Shown here piece after piece: positions 1 to 13,378 of a DNA stretch of 35,353 nt; within the stretch, counting starts at the first letter, position 1; each line of letters opens with the position of its first letter. Source of the stretch: Bugula neritina (taxonomy: Eukaryota > Animalia > Bryozoa); assembly GCA_964035545.1 (NCBI GenBank), contig CAXIUT010000227.1, positions 1 through 35,353 of the forward strand, written 5' to 3'. The translations under genes were made by a program, and so were the position numbers. Below the pieces are notes generated by a model. It was not told the DNA's origin. It did not search any database and worked only from the letters and a program-made list of their open reading frames with translations.

Positions 1-89
1 CCCCAACCCCAACCCCAACCCCAACCCCAACCCCAACCCCAACCCCAACCCCAACCCCAACCCCAACCCCAACCCCAACCCCAACCCCA
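1..89 (+). repeat. Left telomere (CCCCAA)n
   Basis: 14 perfect CCCCAA copies plus CCCCA at the 5' end; Tetrahymena-type C4A2 repeat in the correct polarity for a left end. Confidence 0.98.
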
Positions 90-197
90 TCAATCAATAT
101 ATCATATTTATCATATTTAGAAATATAATATGATATAAAATACTATAATAACCATAATATAATAATATCCTTAATAAATACAATTTGGTCAAAAAAG

Positions 198-3100
198 TCA
201 TCTTTTAATTGAATATAACAACAATTTACGATTTCTATCATGATAAATTCTAATCTCGTTACTAGTGAAAGTTGGTTTTAAACTATTTTTTGCCCAATAT
301 TCTCATATTTTGTTTTATTCAACATATAGTCTCCTACTGCTTGATTATTGGCCATGATATCGTTGACATAGGGTTCACCTAGAAAGTTGGTATAGATAGA
401 ATCTCTAAAAAAATATCCATTTTTATAAAAATGCATCAATCTTCCATTATCACATTTAATAAATATTGAACCTCCTACGTGTTTAGTTACATGCTCAAAT
501 ATCTTTGGCTTTTATTTTAGACAGATTTTCTAGCTGCAGACTAGACAAATGCAGATACTTTATGTTGTCATTTGGCAAGAGGGACATTTTCCCATAAATA
601 ATTGAAGTTCTGATAATGTTTAAGGCAAAACTTGCAAGTATTTATGAGGTTGAAAAAGGATTTAAGACTATTAGATGCTTATAAATTATTTACTGCCATC
701 TAAATATCCAATAATTTTTTATATTTTATTATCAAGTTCAGACAGTTATTCTTCTTTTTAATGATAAATTTTGTCTAAAAAGTATCTTTTCATTCGTAAT
801 CTAATTATTTCATATAATTTTCCATTTTAATTCATACTTTACATTACTTTTTAATCTATATCAAATCCTTCTTGATTTTTTTAAGATCTTTTAAGAAGAC
901 AGAATATCTGACGGGTGATGGGAATCAGACACAATTTGATAAAAATATCTTAATAAGAGCTAAAAAGAAGGATCTCACTTATCAATGAATTGATCATGTA
1001 GCGGGAGATGTTGAAATTTTATGAGAAGATTTAAAATTTTTATAAGAAATTGAGATCAGGACGATATGTTTACAAAAAAGTAGAAGATAAATATTAAAGA
1101 AAACACTAATTTCTTTATTTTTGAGGTTTATTTTTCCAATTTTACATAAAATATTGAGTCTTATCCTTTATATCCTTCTATTTTTATTCCTATTTTTTTT
1201 ATATTTATCCTATCGTAGAATTTTATTTTATTTTTATGATTTATTTTCTTTTTAAAATGATTTTTAACTATCGTTTACACCTTATTATTTTTATTAAGTT
1301 TAGTTTATTCTAATTTATCCTTCAAAAGGCCAATATTTGATTCTTATTCAGTTGAAAACATAGGTACAAGCAGGTTGGCAGGTTTTCTACAAAGGAAACA
1401 TATATTTTATTTTTTATTTTGATTTTTATAGAAGCATTTAGGATGTATTTTATGACCACAAGTTCTAAAACTGATTTTGACTGCATTATTTTGAAAGATA
1501 GTTTTATTGAACCAATCATCAATAGCCATGGAAGAGATCAGTTGAAGTTATTATTCAGAATCAGATTTGCAAAAAATACATATCTAGTCATTATCTAGAT
1601 TATATGCTTCTGGAGTATGTTATTTTAGCATTTTTTATCTTTGACTTCTCATTTTTTATCCCTTTATTTCTTTTTCTTTAGTAGTTTATTTTTTTTAATC
1701 ATAGAAGAAGAGGTATTTTAATTTTGATTTTAAACAATTTTAAGTCCATTTTTAATTCTCAAAGATAAAATGTCACAATGAGCATTATACTGTAAATAAG
1801 CAACTAATTTTAAAGAAACTATTTGAGTTAATTATTCTGAGTCATAAAATAAATCTTAACGAGTTCAATGCTCAATAGAGAAGGAACAAAAGTAGATTAG
1901 TTATAAGATTTGATTTATTTCTAATTCAATTCAAATGCTTATTTACAAATATGAATGATGATATTGATAGTTTACTTGTTCCAAATGATAGCATCTTAAA
2001 AGTACGATAGTTTTGTGATTGAAATAGCTTGAGGATGAAGAGTGGCCATTGATATGTTAAAAAAATTAAGAAAACGTTCATAAGAATAGAGTTATAGCTA
2101 TGCATAGTTGGAATTGGTTTTTATATATTATTTTTATATGTGGCAGGATTCTTTAACAAATTATTAAAATTTACCTTTAAGAGGTAATATTTTATTAACC
2201 AATCTTTTTATTTCAATCGCTTTCATTTCCTTGAAAGTATTTATAAATTTGCCATAGAACTCATGTAGTCTCAGTTCATTTGGCTTCATCAATAAAATCT
2301 ATACTGATATTTAGTGTAAATCAGTACATATTAAGCTATTCATGAACATTACAAATGTAAAGATTTAATTTTGTTTATTTTAAGGTTCAATGGGTTTAGC
2401 CATGATTGAGTTACATATTTTAAAGAGGATATTTTTAATAGATATTTATTCTTTAGAAAGTAGGAATAATATTTTTTGATAGGAGTAGTCTAGCATGGTT
2501 GATAAATTCAATTAAGGATTGCTGGCATTAAAAAATTATTTTATGTAATCTCCTGGCATGTTTTTAGTTTTTGTTGTTAAATATTTAAATACATTTTAAA
2601 GATGACTTTTCATTAAAAGAGTAAACAGCTGTTCATCTTTAAATGATTCCTATCCTAGCACTTATCTCAAATTTGAAAGGTATTCAGGTTTTAACAAATT
2701 ACTAATCTAGCCATCAAGATAAAGCGTAACTGTAAAAGCAAATGCCCTTTCATGTATCATAGATAAATTGGTCTATTCTAAGTTGAAATGAATGATAGAA
2801 TGCCAAAGTTATTTAATCAGTTTTTATACTAGGTATTTATTGTTAACTATATTTTTGAGAATATATTTGAAAATTTTGAGGTAGTATTCATCTAGAACTT
2901 TTTTATTGATCAATTCATCAGGTAGCTATCGGTATCCGAACATGGTTTCACCTATATTTTGTTATTCTATCAAAGATTGATGATATTTTTTTGCTTATTT
3001 CATTTAAGAGGGATATTGGAGGTCATCAATTAATCTAAGGAAGAGTTTATTTCCATTTTAGCAGCATTTATCTGGGAGATATGGGGTAGTTTGAGTGTTT

Positions 3101-4079
3101 ATAGTTGTTTTGTACTAATAAGATGGTTTATGGTTTTCATGCAGGTCATGAATTGAAAATTAAGCATTCTTAGTGGGTGTTAAATAGTAAGTTAATCATC
3201 ATATTGACTTTTTCTGAAATACTATTTAATAAAATCTACTCTAGAAGCTTCGATTGGAAAGATCTAGTAAGTTAGTCTGCAAAATTATGACATAAATTAT
3301 CTTTTATCCCATCTGAAGATCATTTCCAGGATAGTAAGATCCTAAAATTAAATTGTTGGTAGATTAGGGAATAAATCTTTAATTTTATGTTTTAGAAGTT
3401 AATAACATAAGTATTTACTTTAGTAATCTCTTGATGCTATTTTTAATAATTTTTTGAAAAAACAGTATACTTTGTGCAGAAACATATCTTTTGCTAAATC
3501 TATACTTTTACACCCGTTAGTCTAACCAGAACATAATATAAAATAGAAAAACTCCTTCTTTATGAATTTTTATTTTGTAGCTTACTAAATGTTTATTTTT
3601 TATATTTTTTTAGAATGTTCAGGACAAAAACCTTTGGGATTGAGCATTTAGTCATTCCCACAATCACAACAACCTTACCCTGATACTATTTATATGAAGT
3701 TATGTCCTTTGTGGTCTGCTTTAGAAAAACATTCAGGACACTGAATAGCATTCTAGGCTTCTATACAGTCAAAACACTTGAATATTTTGTTGTTCATATA
3801 GGAATACCCAATCGTTTTTGAACAAATTGGACTTGCAGTGGGATTGCTAATATGACAGTCAAAAGTAACTTTTGTATTTTATAGTGAACTACTCATGATC
3901 TTTATCTCGATGTCTTTGAAATAGTCTGACATGGGTTCATTTATGGTTTTTGCCACCTCTTGAATATCTGAAAACTATTTCAGTGCTGTTTCTTTTTCTT
4001 GGGATGTGAGGCTTTCAACTGTGTCTATGAAAAGAGGTTGATATTATTCTGGCTAGTCATCGTCATCATAGAATTCCAT
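198..4079 (-). CDS. UBR1/PRT6-type N-recognin E3 ubiquitin ligase
   Basis: With TAR=Glu: ATG 4079, TGA 198-200, span divisible by 3 (middle not fully translated). UBR box (CFDC..QCPECF..DHKGHNF..GCCDCGNDEMLNPKGFCPEH, ~3610-3790), RING-H2 (CIFC..TCGHKIHPKC..CFLCRKPANLLVP, ~1360-1590), C-terminal PRT6_C-like domain (CPSC..CICLVC..SIYTNFLGEP). Confidence 0.88.
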
Positions 4080-4163
4080 TATTCTGATTGTTTAAGACTT
4101 TAATAAAGTAATATATCTTATACTTGTATGACTATAATATAAACTACAATAATAGTGAAGTAA

Positions 4164-5550
4164 TCAGGTGTGTTCATTGACCTTTTTATTATTCTTTTCT
4201 TTTGATTATTAAAGATCATAAATTAATTTTCAAATTTGTCTTTATCGTAGTGTAAGATATCAAAAGCTGACTGATGAGTTTTATCAACAGAATCTAAACA
4301 AACTGACGAACTGTTTGAACTTATTAATCCATTTTTTTTTGCTTATTAAAATAGTTTTGATCTCAAGTGGGAATCAACATCATAGCTGTATGATAGTTAA
4401 TTAAGAAAAATGGTTGAGTAAAGACTTCTATCTTGATAATCAAATAGTTTATTGACTAACTGTTTAGTTGTTTGTTTTTACTATTATATCATTTATTAGT
4501 ATAGTTTTTTTTATTTTATTATTTTTTATTGATCGCTTTGAAGACTTTATATGATAGATTCGTATTTATTTGCTTGTTTGTTGATTTGTTTAAGACATAG
4601 AGAATAAAAATGAGATATAAATTACTCTATATTTTAATAAAGTTTATTAAAGATGCTGATTGAAGGGGATTATAGGTATTTGAACTTTTTACTAGTACTA
4701 ATTGAATCAACTTTATCTTGTACTTTGGCTAATCTATCATAAAATTGAATAATAAATTACTGAATTCCTTCATTTCCTGATTAAAATGATGTCTATTCAT
4801 CTTTTATAAGAATTTAGTTTGATTTTTTCTTTCTTTATCTGCATAAATGCTGCTATTTCTGTCTAAAGACCTTTTTAGTTAGAGATCTTTCGAAGAGTGA
4901 CTTTTTTATGAGAAAGGTTTTAGTTGTGAGGGTTTGAATAGGTCTAGAAAAGGGTTTAGAAGTTATGAGGTGATATTGTTATTATTTTAGTTGATTTTAT
5001 CTATTAATTTTGATTAATTTTAATCGCTTTAGGTCAGGATATAGTTATTAACATTGTTAATGATTTATTTTTTTGGATTAAATTTAAAGGATTTATTGCT
5101 TTTTTTTATTTTCTATTGCGATTTAGATTGTTATTCGATGAATGTATTAGGTTAATGATCTATTTTTTTTATTTTCCTATAAGCACTAACTACTCTTTCC
5201 AATCGATAACTATCTTTTTATTGACTTTTATTTAACCCCTCAACTTCTTTCTCAATACCCTATTTAATTTTAATTTTGAAATGATGATTCATGTTATTCA
5301 AACTGCTATTATTACCAGGTTGAAGAGTAGTTGCAGTACTGGTTGTTGGTTTTTTTGTTATATTATGATACTGTCGATAAGTTTTTACTTATTTAACTTA
5401 TTTATTGTGTTATATAGATTACTATCGATGTGTTTTCGGATGAGTAGGCACCTTAGATTGTTGGTTATTGATTGTTTAGGATATTTTTTTGTTTTTTAAA
5501 TTCAAAAACATAATAAATACTGTTAATATTATAAATAGTTATCCATTCAT
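4164..5550 (-). CDS. Hypothetical K/N/E-rich low-complexity protein
   Basis: Long TGA-poor minus-strand frames filling the gap between neighbouring genes; no domain recognised; ends and frame uncertain. Confidence 0.4.
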
Positions 5551-5637
5551 TATCATCTCTGTTGAATTAATATTTATATATTTATGATTATCTGATCAAT
5601 AGTTAATTTTTAGAATTATAATATCTATCATTAGTAA

Positions 5638-6398
5638 ATGTCTGGATAGTAGTTTCAAAAAAGATATAATCAGCTAGGAAGGCACTTACTACTATTAAAA
5701 AAGATATTCAGTATCGCAATGATGCGGTTCTTCGTGATGAGCCAACTTTTACTCTTGATGGAGATATAAAGGGTCAATTCAAAGAAATAGTATTTTTGTT
5801 TATATACAGAACTAAGAACTCTAGAGTTTGTAAATTATGTATAGCAATGTCGAAAAGAATCAAAAGAGTTAAATCTTAAACCTAGATAACTTGATAAAAG
5901 AAGACAGGCTCTCAATATCAACATCTAATAAAGAAACAAACTCAAAAACATGTATGAAGAATCACTGACTCGAAGGTACCCAATACTAGAGCAGCTAAAT
6001 AAATTGAGAATCAATAAAATGTATTTATTTTAGTATTTAGTTTCAAAAAGAGTATGGATAGAAGAAGTTGAACAAGCAAGAATTGTATGCTTTGAAGTAG
6101 AAACAGGAATAGATACAAGAGAAGAAGTTGTAAGGATGATCGGGACAGTAAAAGAGATGAAGGCTGGACAGGTAGATATTGGTGATTAGTTGGTTTTGCA
6201 GGATAAGTTGTTGGATGTAAGAGGTGTTATATGTAGAAAATGGAGGATGGAATAGATGGCAATATTGAGAAGATGAGTAGTGTTAGAAAAAATATGATGA
6301 AATTGCTTGATAAAAGTAGTTATTGTTGCCTGATCATTGTTATTCTTGTGGAAATAGCTGCTATTGTTTGTAATCTGGTGCTTTGGCCTAAAAATTGA
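5638..6398 (+). CDS. Qc-SNARE (syntaxin-6/8-like), tail-anchored
   Basis: SNARE motif IGDELVLQDKLLDKMEDGIDGNIEKMSSVRKNMMKLL followed by C-terminal TM (CCLIIVILVEIAAIVCNLVLW) and TGA; 20-nt introns 5790-5809, 6021-6040, 6217-6236; some 1-nt indels. Confidence 0.8.
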
Positions 6399-6460
6399 TT
6401 AAAGATAATTAGTTTAACTACTTTATTAGAATTATAGTTAATTAAGTAGAGTTATTAAGA

Positions 6461-8236
6461 TCATTATTTATTTTATTCTTCCATTGGCTCATCTTAACTG
6501 TTATAATATTCTATTTAGTCAAGATTGTCTTAGTCTTATTCTTTTTATTTGATGAAAATTGCATCTAAATCTTCTATTTGAATGTTATAGAAGAAACTTA
6601 GTTATTCTGGGCAGTTTTAAGTAATTTCGAATTTGTTGCCAAAATAATTTAATAGTCCATCTTTTTATTAAAAGTCAAAAGACATTTTATGTTTATTATA
6701 TCCTTCTTCTTAAAAAACAGAAAAACCTGGCAATGACTGAATCTATTCTTTAATCCATTCATTAACCAGACTGATAACATCCTTAACGATGACTGGTTTG
6801 ATGAGTTTTTGATCTGAAAGAGAAGATCTTCTTTGATGACTTATTTGAATATATTAAGTTGAATTTATTTAGGTACTGATCTACTGACTATTTATCTTAT
6901 AAATTTGTACAGTTCTGAAGTCTATTGTATCACATTATTATGAAAATGACTGAATAAGGGGTAGTATTTGATTTAATGTTAAGAATATCCGCACCAGTGT
7001 ACGTTGAATTCGTTTATTGAAATATCTACCATGTACTATATGTAATCTTTGGCTAAAACTTAATACATTTAATAGTTATTTTAAAAGTAAGTCTACATCT
7101 AGAGATTGTTCTCTTTATAGATTTATGATTTTCTTTTCAAACTAAATGTTTCAAGTTACATTTATCTTTTGAGTTAGCTGAAAAAAGAAGGTAGTTTTTA
7201 TGTTTTTATCACTAAAAAATCTTTTAAGTTATGTTCTCTTAACTTTGAAGTTATATAGTTATATATATTTTCATTTCCCTCATGAAAATATTTCATTTGT
7301 TGAACCCAAATCGACATAGCTGGTCTCCAAAAGTGAAATCAGGGTATTCAGCTGGAGGTTTAAAAGCTGAACAGTAAAACTAATTATAGCTACGAAACAT
7401 AAATCCAAATTTTTCCTAAATAAATAGCTATGTACTTCTAGAGATAGAATGATATTTCTATAGATATTAGCTCTAAGTGCAAACTAAGACAACTTCATGA
7501 ATGGGTCATCAATGTTATCGATGATTTATCTGAAGGCTACAACCATTTGAGAGCATAGTGCAAAAAACAGGACAATAATATTATGCGTTTTGAAGTAGTC
7601 CTGAAGAAGATAATTTTACCAATTATCACAAGAAACTTTATACCCACTAAATCTTACTTCTCTAATCTTTTTGTTGATATCCTCCTTGCCTAACTAGCTA
7701 TACACCATTTTTGTAGTCAGTTACTCTAGCTATTAAGTCAAAGCTGTCTGTAGTTCTTAGATGGGTTGTTCGAGCCATACTTATTCCATTTATTCGGGTG
7801 GGAACTTGATAAGACTGAGGTGTTCTTGAAAAGGAGTTTAACAGAACATGCCGATTGATTATCTTTTTAATTTAGGCATGGGAAGATCTGGCTAGAGAAA
7901 CAGTTGTTCTATAAGTTATTGAAATTAAGAAGATGATTCTAGAAAAGAGGTTTATTTTTAGATAGTTGAGAAGAGGAGACGATATCCGTGGTATGCTTGT
8001 TGCAGGAAGGAATAGTTATTTTTTGCTAGTCGATTTGATATGTTTTGTTAGATGATTTTGAAATCGAGATCGTCGTAGAAGACGAAGAAGACTGCTCTAT
8101 CTACTTTGTTGAAGTAGTTGTTCATGAAGGCTCTGGCTGTGGCTATTTTGAGGAACTGGCTTTGTACTGGTGTTTCCATCGCTATGAGTGCGAAACGTGT
8201 GAGTGATTAGGGGTCGAGGGAAGTCGATGAGAGTGG
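6461..8236 (-). CDS. Hypothetical protein, probably 5'-truncated by the internal telomere tract
   Basis: Frame is open from the telomere junction (PLSSTSLDPESLTRFALIAMETPVQSQFLK...) for >300 codons; first ATG at 8179, but the 57 nt before it are GC-rich, in frame and coding-like; 3' part has introns or indels. Confidence 0.55.
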
Positions 8237-8331
8237 CCCAACCCCAACCCCAACCCCAACCCCAACCCCAACCCCAACCCCAACCCCAACCCCCAACCCC
8301 AACCCCAACCCCAACCCCAACCCCAACCCCA
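8237..8331 (+). repeat. Internal telomeric tract 1 (CCCCAA)n, 95 nt
   Basis: Begins CCCAACCCC directly after GG; one C5 variant near 8290; same polarity as the left telomere. Confidence 0.97.
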
Positions 8332-8468
8332 GTGGGTGCGATATATTAATTTAATTAATCGGGTATAAATTGACATCTTCTATGATTACTTCTATAGAGA
8401 TAAGCTTAATTTATTTCAATAATATACATTTGTTGATTAGTAAATGCAAATCTCAACTTAATATAATT

Positions 8469-9416
8469 ATGGATAATAAAGAAGGAACGGTTATTGGACT
8501 CGGATGTATGGCTCTAGCTTCTCTCTACTACTTCTATAAAGGATATCATAAAGATTCTTTAAGATATAAATAAAAAAGGAGAAAAGTTGAACAGTTCGAA
8601 TCTCAATATAATACTAAAATCAATCTTCAAGAAGTAAAAAAAGAATCAAAAATAAATTGTTGTTTTTCATAAGATAAAATAGTATAAAGTGTTGCCAGAT
8701 ACTTTTAGTCTCTACTTTAGGCAACGTTTCCAAAGTTATATAGACCTTTTTTTGATGATTTTCTTTAAAATCAAACAGGAGGTAGATTATTAATAACTAA
8801 ACCCAACATAACAGTTGACATTAAAGACTGCAATATTTAGTTTAGTGTTTTGAAGGAGTAAAAAACACCTAATATTGTTTTTGAATAAAATAAGAGCAAA
8901 TAGGCTATCTACCACTCCTTGAAGTATACTGTCAATTCTGCTAAACATTTGGCTGTCTATGGGGTTTTGAGGTTTTCTATCGAGGAGGATAGATTTATCA
9001 TAGAACCATAGTTTTTGATGAAGTTGCGATCTGATAATATAAATATTGATAAAATAATTGGTTTTTGGAATGACAAAATATACAAAATTACTTTCAAGAA
9101 GATCATGATGGTGATGGGAATGATAACAGTAGGTTATTTTTTTATTTACCAGCCTCTTAAAAATATTTGGAGACGTTACAAAACCCTTAAACAAGGAGTG
9201 AGTGAGGGCCAACTGCACTACTTTCGCGAGAAGGTGAATTTTGGGGCTAAAATCGATGGGAGTTTAAAATGCGAGTCATGCAAATAGAATACAATAAGTT
9301 ATATATACTAGTGTGGACATTTGGTGATCTGTGATGAATGTTATAAGAAGGACAAGATAAAGAAATGTCTAATTTGCCATCATAAGTCATCAAAATTCGT
9401 TAAGATATTTATCTGA
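8469..9416 (+). CDS. Membrane-anchored C3HC4 RING E3 ligase (MUL1/SP1-like architecture)
   Basis: N-terminal TM (VIGLGCMALASLYYFY), second TM (IMMVMGMITVGYFFIY), C-terminal RING CESC..CGHLVICDEC..CLIC..VKIFI*; apparent indels at ~8640-9010. Confidence 0.72.
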
Positions 9417-9467
9417 TTAGTTTATCATTTCGAATTAGTTATTTTCCCTCTATTATATATATCATTC

Positions 9468-10745
9468 ATGGCTTGGCGCTAGGACAACAGAAGAAGAATC
9501 GTGCTTGATAGTGGTAGTTATTCGATTCGTCTGGGGAATGCCAGCAGTCCTGTACCCAATCTTATCTATGATAACTTCATAGCTATTGATAGGAATACTG
9601 AAATAAAATATTTGGGCCTGCTCTTGATAACATTTTAGACTAAACTAAGCTGATATATGAGAAAAATAATATTCGAGGTGTGACTGTGAGGTTCTAGACT
9701 TATCTGAATATGTTGGATGAATTTGATGTCTCGAGTTAAAATGCCTTGGAAAACAACTGGTTTTTACTGCTAAGACTACTCAATGACTTTTCCTGTCTTG
9801 CCTTACCATCCAAGAAAGGTGATGGAAAAACATATGGAGATCTATCTTGAATACTATCGATTCGATGGGATTAGTGTAAAGCCGTCATCTGAATTAATAT
9901 ATGATCATGCTAGGAGTTTATACAATAGTTAGTTGAGTAGTTCTTATAAATTATCTGATCGATTTGCCATTGTTGTAGAAAGTTCATAAAGTGCGACGTA
10001 TATTACTCCATATTACTAAGGATAGCCTATCAAAAAGGAATCAAGAGGTAAATATATTTTGATCTAGATTGGATATCGGAGGGAGGTTACTGACTAACTA
10101 TTTAAATAAATTCTTAGTTTTAGATATCTTGATCTAAAGAATAGTGATCGGTTGATAAAGCAAATAAAAGAAGATTTATGTTTTGTTTCATCTAACCTTA
10201 TGGATGATATGAGATGCAAAAAAGGAAAGTATCTAAAGCACTTTGTTTTGCCTGATTAGGAGTTAAAGAAAAAAGGGATATCCTGCTGATGTTATTGACT
10301 AAAGTACATATTTAATTAGAAAGGTGTTTATACTCAACATATTTCTTTGGATAAAGAACGTTTCAGATTCCTTAAAATCATCTTTTCTCCTCAGGATATC
10401 GGAATGGACCAAAAAGGCAATTACTGGAGCCATTATTTTAGTCTTTGAAACATGTCAATTAAGATATACGTCATAATTTCTTGTAAAACATTATAGTCAG
10501 TGGAGGCAATACTAGATTCTCTGATTTAGTTTAAGGCTGTATGAAGAGATCAAAAAGAACAGTTTTTGTTGGGTAAAACCAAGAATTATATACATGAAGT
10601 AGTTTTGATGTGATATAGTTCGATGCATGCAGGGTTCGAGGCAGCTGTTCAAGATAGCAATTCTGAGTATTTTTGTGATGGAGTTATCTTAAAGGACTGG
10701 TATCGTGAGCAAGGACCTAATAGAGTAAACAACGTGATGTTTTGA
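9468..10745 (+). CDS. ARP6: Actin-related protein 6
   Basis: IVLDSGSYSIRLG, RLDIGGRLLTNYL, QIKEDLCFVS, FVLPD, NIIVSGGNT; 20-nt introns 10048-10067 and 10599-10618; several homopolymer indels. Confidence 0.8.
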
Positions 10746-10954
10746 ACTTAGTTGTTATTAGATTTTAATACAAAAAATGAAAACTTGAGTAAATTCCAAA
10801 ATTATTCAACAAATAAAATAATTACTCAAGAGATAGTAGTTTTTATCGAATTATTGATGATTCAGTTGACAAATATGGTTTATTATTCTTTTTGGTGGTG
10901 AGTATGATGTAATGCTCTGATGACAGATCATTTTTGTTTTTTATTTAATTTGTT

Positions 10955-11708
10955 ATGCCAAGAGCGGTAGAATACTGTCAAATAAATATCTACATAAACT
11001 TAACTAAATCAACACATCTGCATGCTTTCTTACTGCTAAATGCCACAAGCTAGCCCTGTCCCTTCTATTCCCCCCATCGCTCAAACATTCAAAAAAATAG
11101 AAAAGACTCTCGATGTTCACGAATACTTCAATATTCTCCATAAACAAGAACCTAGCAAAAGTCATGAGCCTAAGCTAATAACACCTAAAATGAGAACCAA
11201 ATTGCTTGTTTGGCTAGAAAAACTAAGTTTTTAAACTTTTAAATTTTCGAAAGAAACATTAATAACAGCCACCTGCGTCCTTGACCAATATCTTTAAAAA
11301 ACTAACTAATCTCCCAATTTCCTTCAGTTGATAGGTTGTGCTTGCCTACTGATAGCTTCAAAGCTAAGATAGCCCACTATTGTTGAACCTAGCTGTTACA
11401 TCTCGGCATCATGCAGTATATTTAAACGATTCCAGTTATTGGAAAAGGAAAGGGATATTTATTTGGGAATTGACTGGAAAAAGATAAAAGGAGGACTACT
11501 ATCAGGAGTGAGGTTGGCTTGTTAGTGCATGAACATGAAAGATAAGCTATAAAAGTGTGAATAGGTGTTGTGGAATTGTTTGAAAGATGAGGATGTCAAG
11601 TGTTGGAAAGATATTAAGGTGATATATGGAGTTCTATCTTTGGTTATCATTGATTCGAAAGATTAAATGGCAGTCAAAGATGGAATTAATCTCATCAGAC
11701 TACTTTGA
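10955..11708 (+). CDS. Cyclin (cyclin-box N-terminal domain)
   Basis: ITPKMRTKLLVWLEKL..ETLITATCVLDQYL..LQLIGCACLLIASKLRE..LLEKERDI; TGA 11706-11708; start either 10955 (needs a 1-nt indel) or 11022/11040. Confidence 0.85.
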
Positions 11709-11788
11709 TATCAATATTTAAAAATTAAAATATCCAAAATAAACTATATTAAATATGTTTAAAGATAAATAAAGATAACATTGACTCA

Positions 11789-12505
11789 TCACAGATTAAT
11801 ACGGGTCACTATCTAAGCTGCTATTGTTTTATAGACATTTTAGTTGTTATCTAACTAGATGTTGCTTGATTTTAAACTAAATAACATTATTTTTACATTG
11901 ATATACTCGCATTGACAGTATTGATGTATTGAGTGAGGATATTTTTATCTATTTTTATTTTAGCTTATTCTAGTTTGCTCTCTAATTTATCTAATTCTTC
12001 AAGAATGGCTCGAAAAATGACTGTAAAGGACAATATTTAAGCATATTAAAGGATTGTATGAATCTAATGGTCCAAAACTTGATCTATGAGCTTGATAAAG
12101 TGATCTTTCTTTCCTGAACTAAAAGACAACAATAGCATAGATATCATTTGGTTGATTTATGATTCTGAGTCATCAAATAATTACTTTTGATTTTGGAGTG
12201 TTGATATTTCTAGACGCATAGATTGATTATTTTGTCTTTTATTAGTTTATCGTTGGTTATTAGAGGATCTACATTGCTAAGATAGAGCGATAATTCCAGT
12301 AAATATTGACTTGTTTTGCTGTTATCAAGTTTTTGCTTAAGAGAACTATCTAAAACATTAAATACATCTTTTTTTGGAGGTATATATATGGGTTAAGAGG
12401 TTTTATTTAGAAGAGTTCGTTGATTGTTTCTGACATCACTTACTACCATTTGCTTTAAGACGATAGAGTTGACATTTAAGCCAGTAAACGATCACGCATT
12501 ATCAT
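11789..12505 (-). CDS. Hypothetical protein with N-terminal Dpy-30/RIIa-like docking motif
   Basis: N-terminus MIMRDRLLAEM..WEEVMSETINELFEIKPLNPYIYLQKK; 20-nt intron 12346-12365; remainder unrecognised. Confidence 0.5.
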
Positions 12506-12563
12506 TTTTAAATTATATAAGTTTTAAGTGATTTATTTATTGTATAAGATTCAATAAATAGTA

Positions 12564-13340
12564 ATGTAGAATGATTGTAGTTAAAAATAGATGAAATATG
12601 ATAGAATAACATTTAGAAGAGGGTTTTAAAAATAATAACTAAAATAATAACTGGGCTTTGTTTTTTCATTAACTGATACTCCTAAGTGGAATTTATGTAC
12701 TTTTAGATTAGATATAGCTGATTAGAAGTATTCTCGTTGGTAAATGTAATATGTTTTTTAATTAATTAAATAATGTAGAATCAATCAGCTCTATCTTAAT
12801 CGAATAGGACAATAAAAACATTCTATTTATAAATTTATTACTATTAAATTCTAGTTTCTTCAAAATCTTTCTCTTTGTATCTTTTTTTATTATTTAGAAG
12901 GAAACAAAATAGTTTCTATTGAACCTTTGGTCAAATTGTAAGCTAAGAATCTTCTTACTCTTTGGCTGGGATATAATCAGATAGTTTCAATAAAACCTCT
13001 TAGAAAGATATGGACACCACAGCTAGAGTGGCTTAGTCTACGTATTGATTATTAAAAAGATAGACAACAACTCGATAATAGACTTTAATCCATTAATATA
13101 ACTTAAAAATAAAGAACTATCAATTATTTAATTTGGATAACTTTCAGTCATTTTTAATCCTTATCTTATGTCTATAAGCTGGCTATTGAAAATTTAGACA
13201 AATATGCTTACCAAATAATGTTTATGTATTAATTTACTAGTTAAGAATTAGAGAATACTAGAATTTATTTCAGTGATTATTAAGCTCTCAGAAATAAATA
13301 TTATCTATCATATTTATGATAAATAATTTAGTTTGATTGA
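12564..13340 (+). CDS. Hypothetical protein
   Basis: ATG 12564 opens a frame (..LGFVFSLTDTPKWNLCTFRLDIAD..); probable intron near 12740; 3' end uncertain. Confidence 0.35.
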
Positions 13341-13378
13341 TGTTTTAAAGAGATTATGCATATTAAAGTAGAAAATAA

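Noticed and set aside
8182-8376. ORF-track protein with GWGW/GLGL repeats
   Set aside because: It is the translation of the telomeric tract.
9600-10540. Programmed ribosomal frameshifting, RNA editing or pseudogenes (frameshifts in ARP6, SNARE, RING, CTL, MFS, ERO1)
   Set aside because: Shifts go in both directions, mostly at homopolymers, with no shared slippery motif and in otherwise conserved genes; long-read indel error is the simplest explanation.
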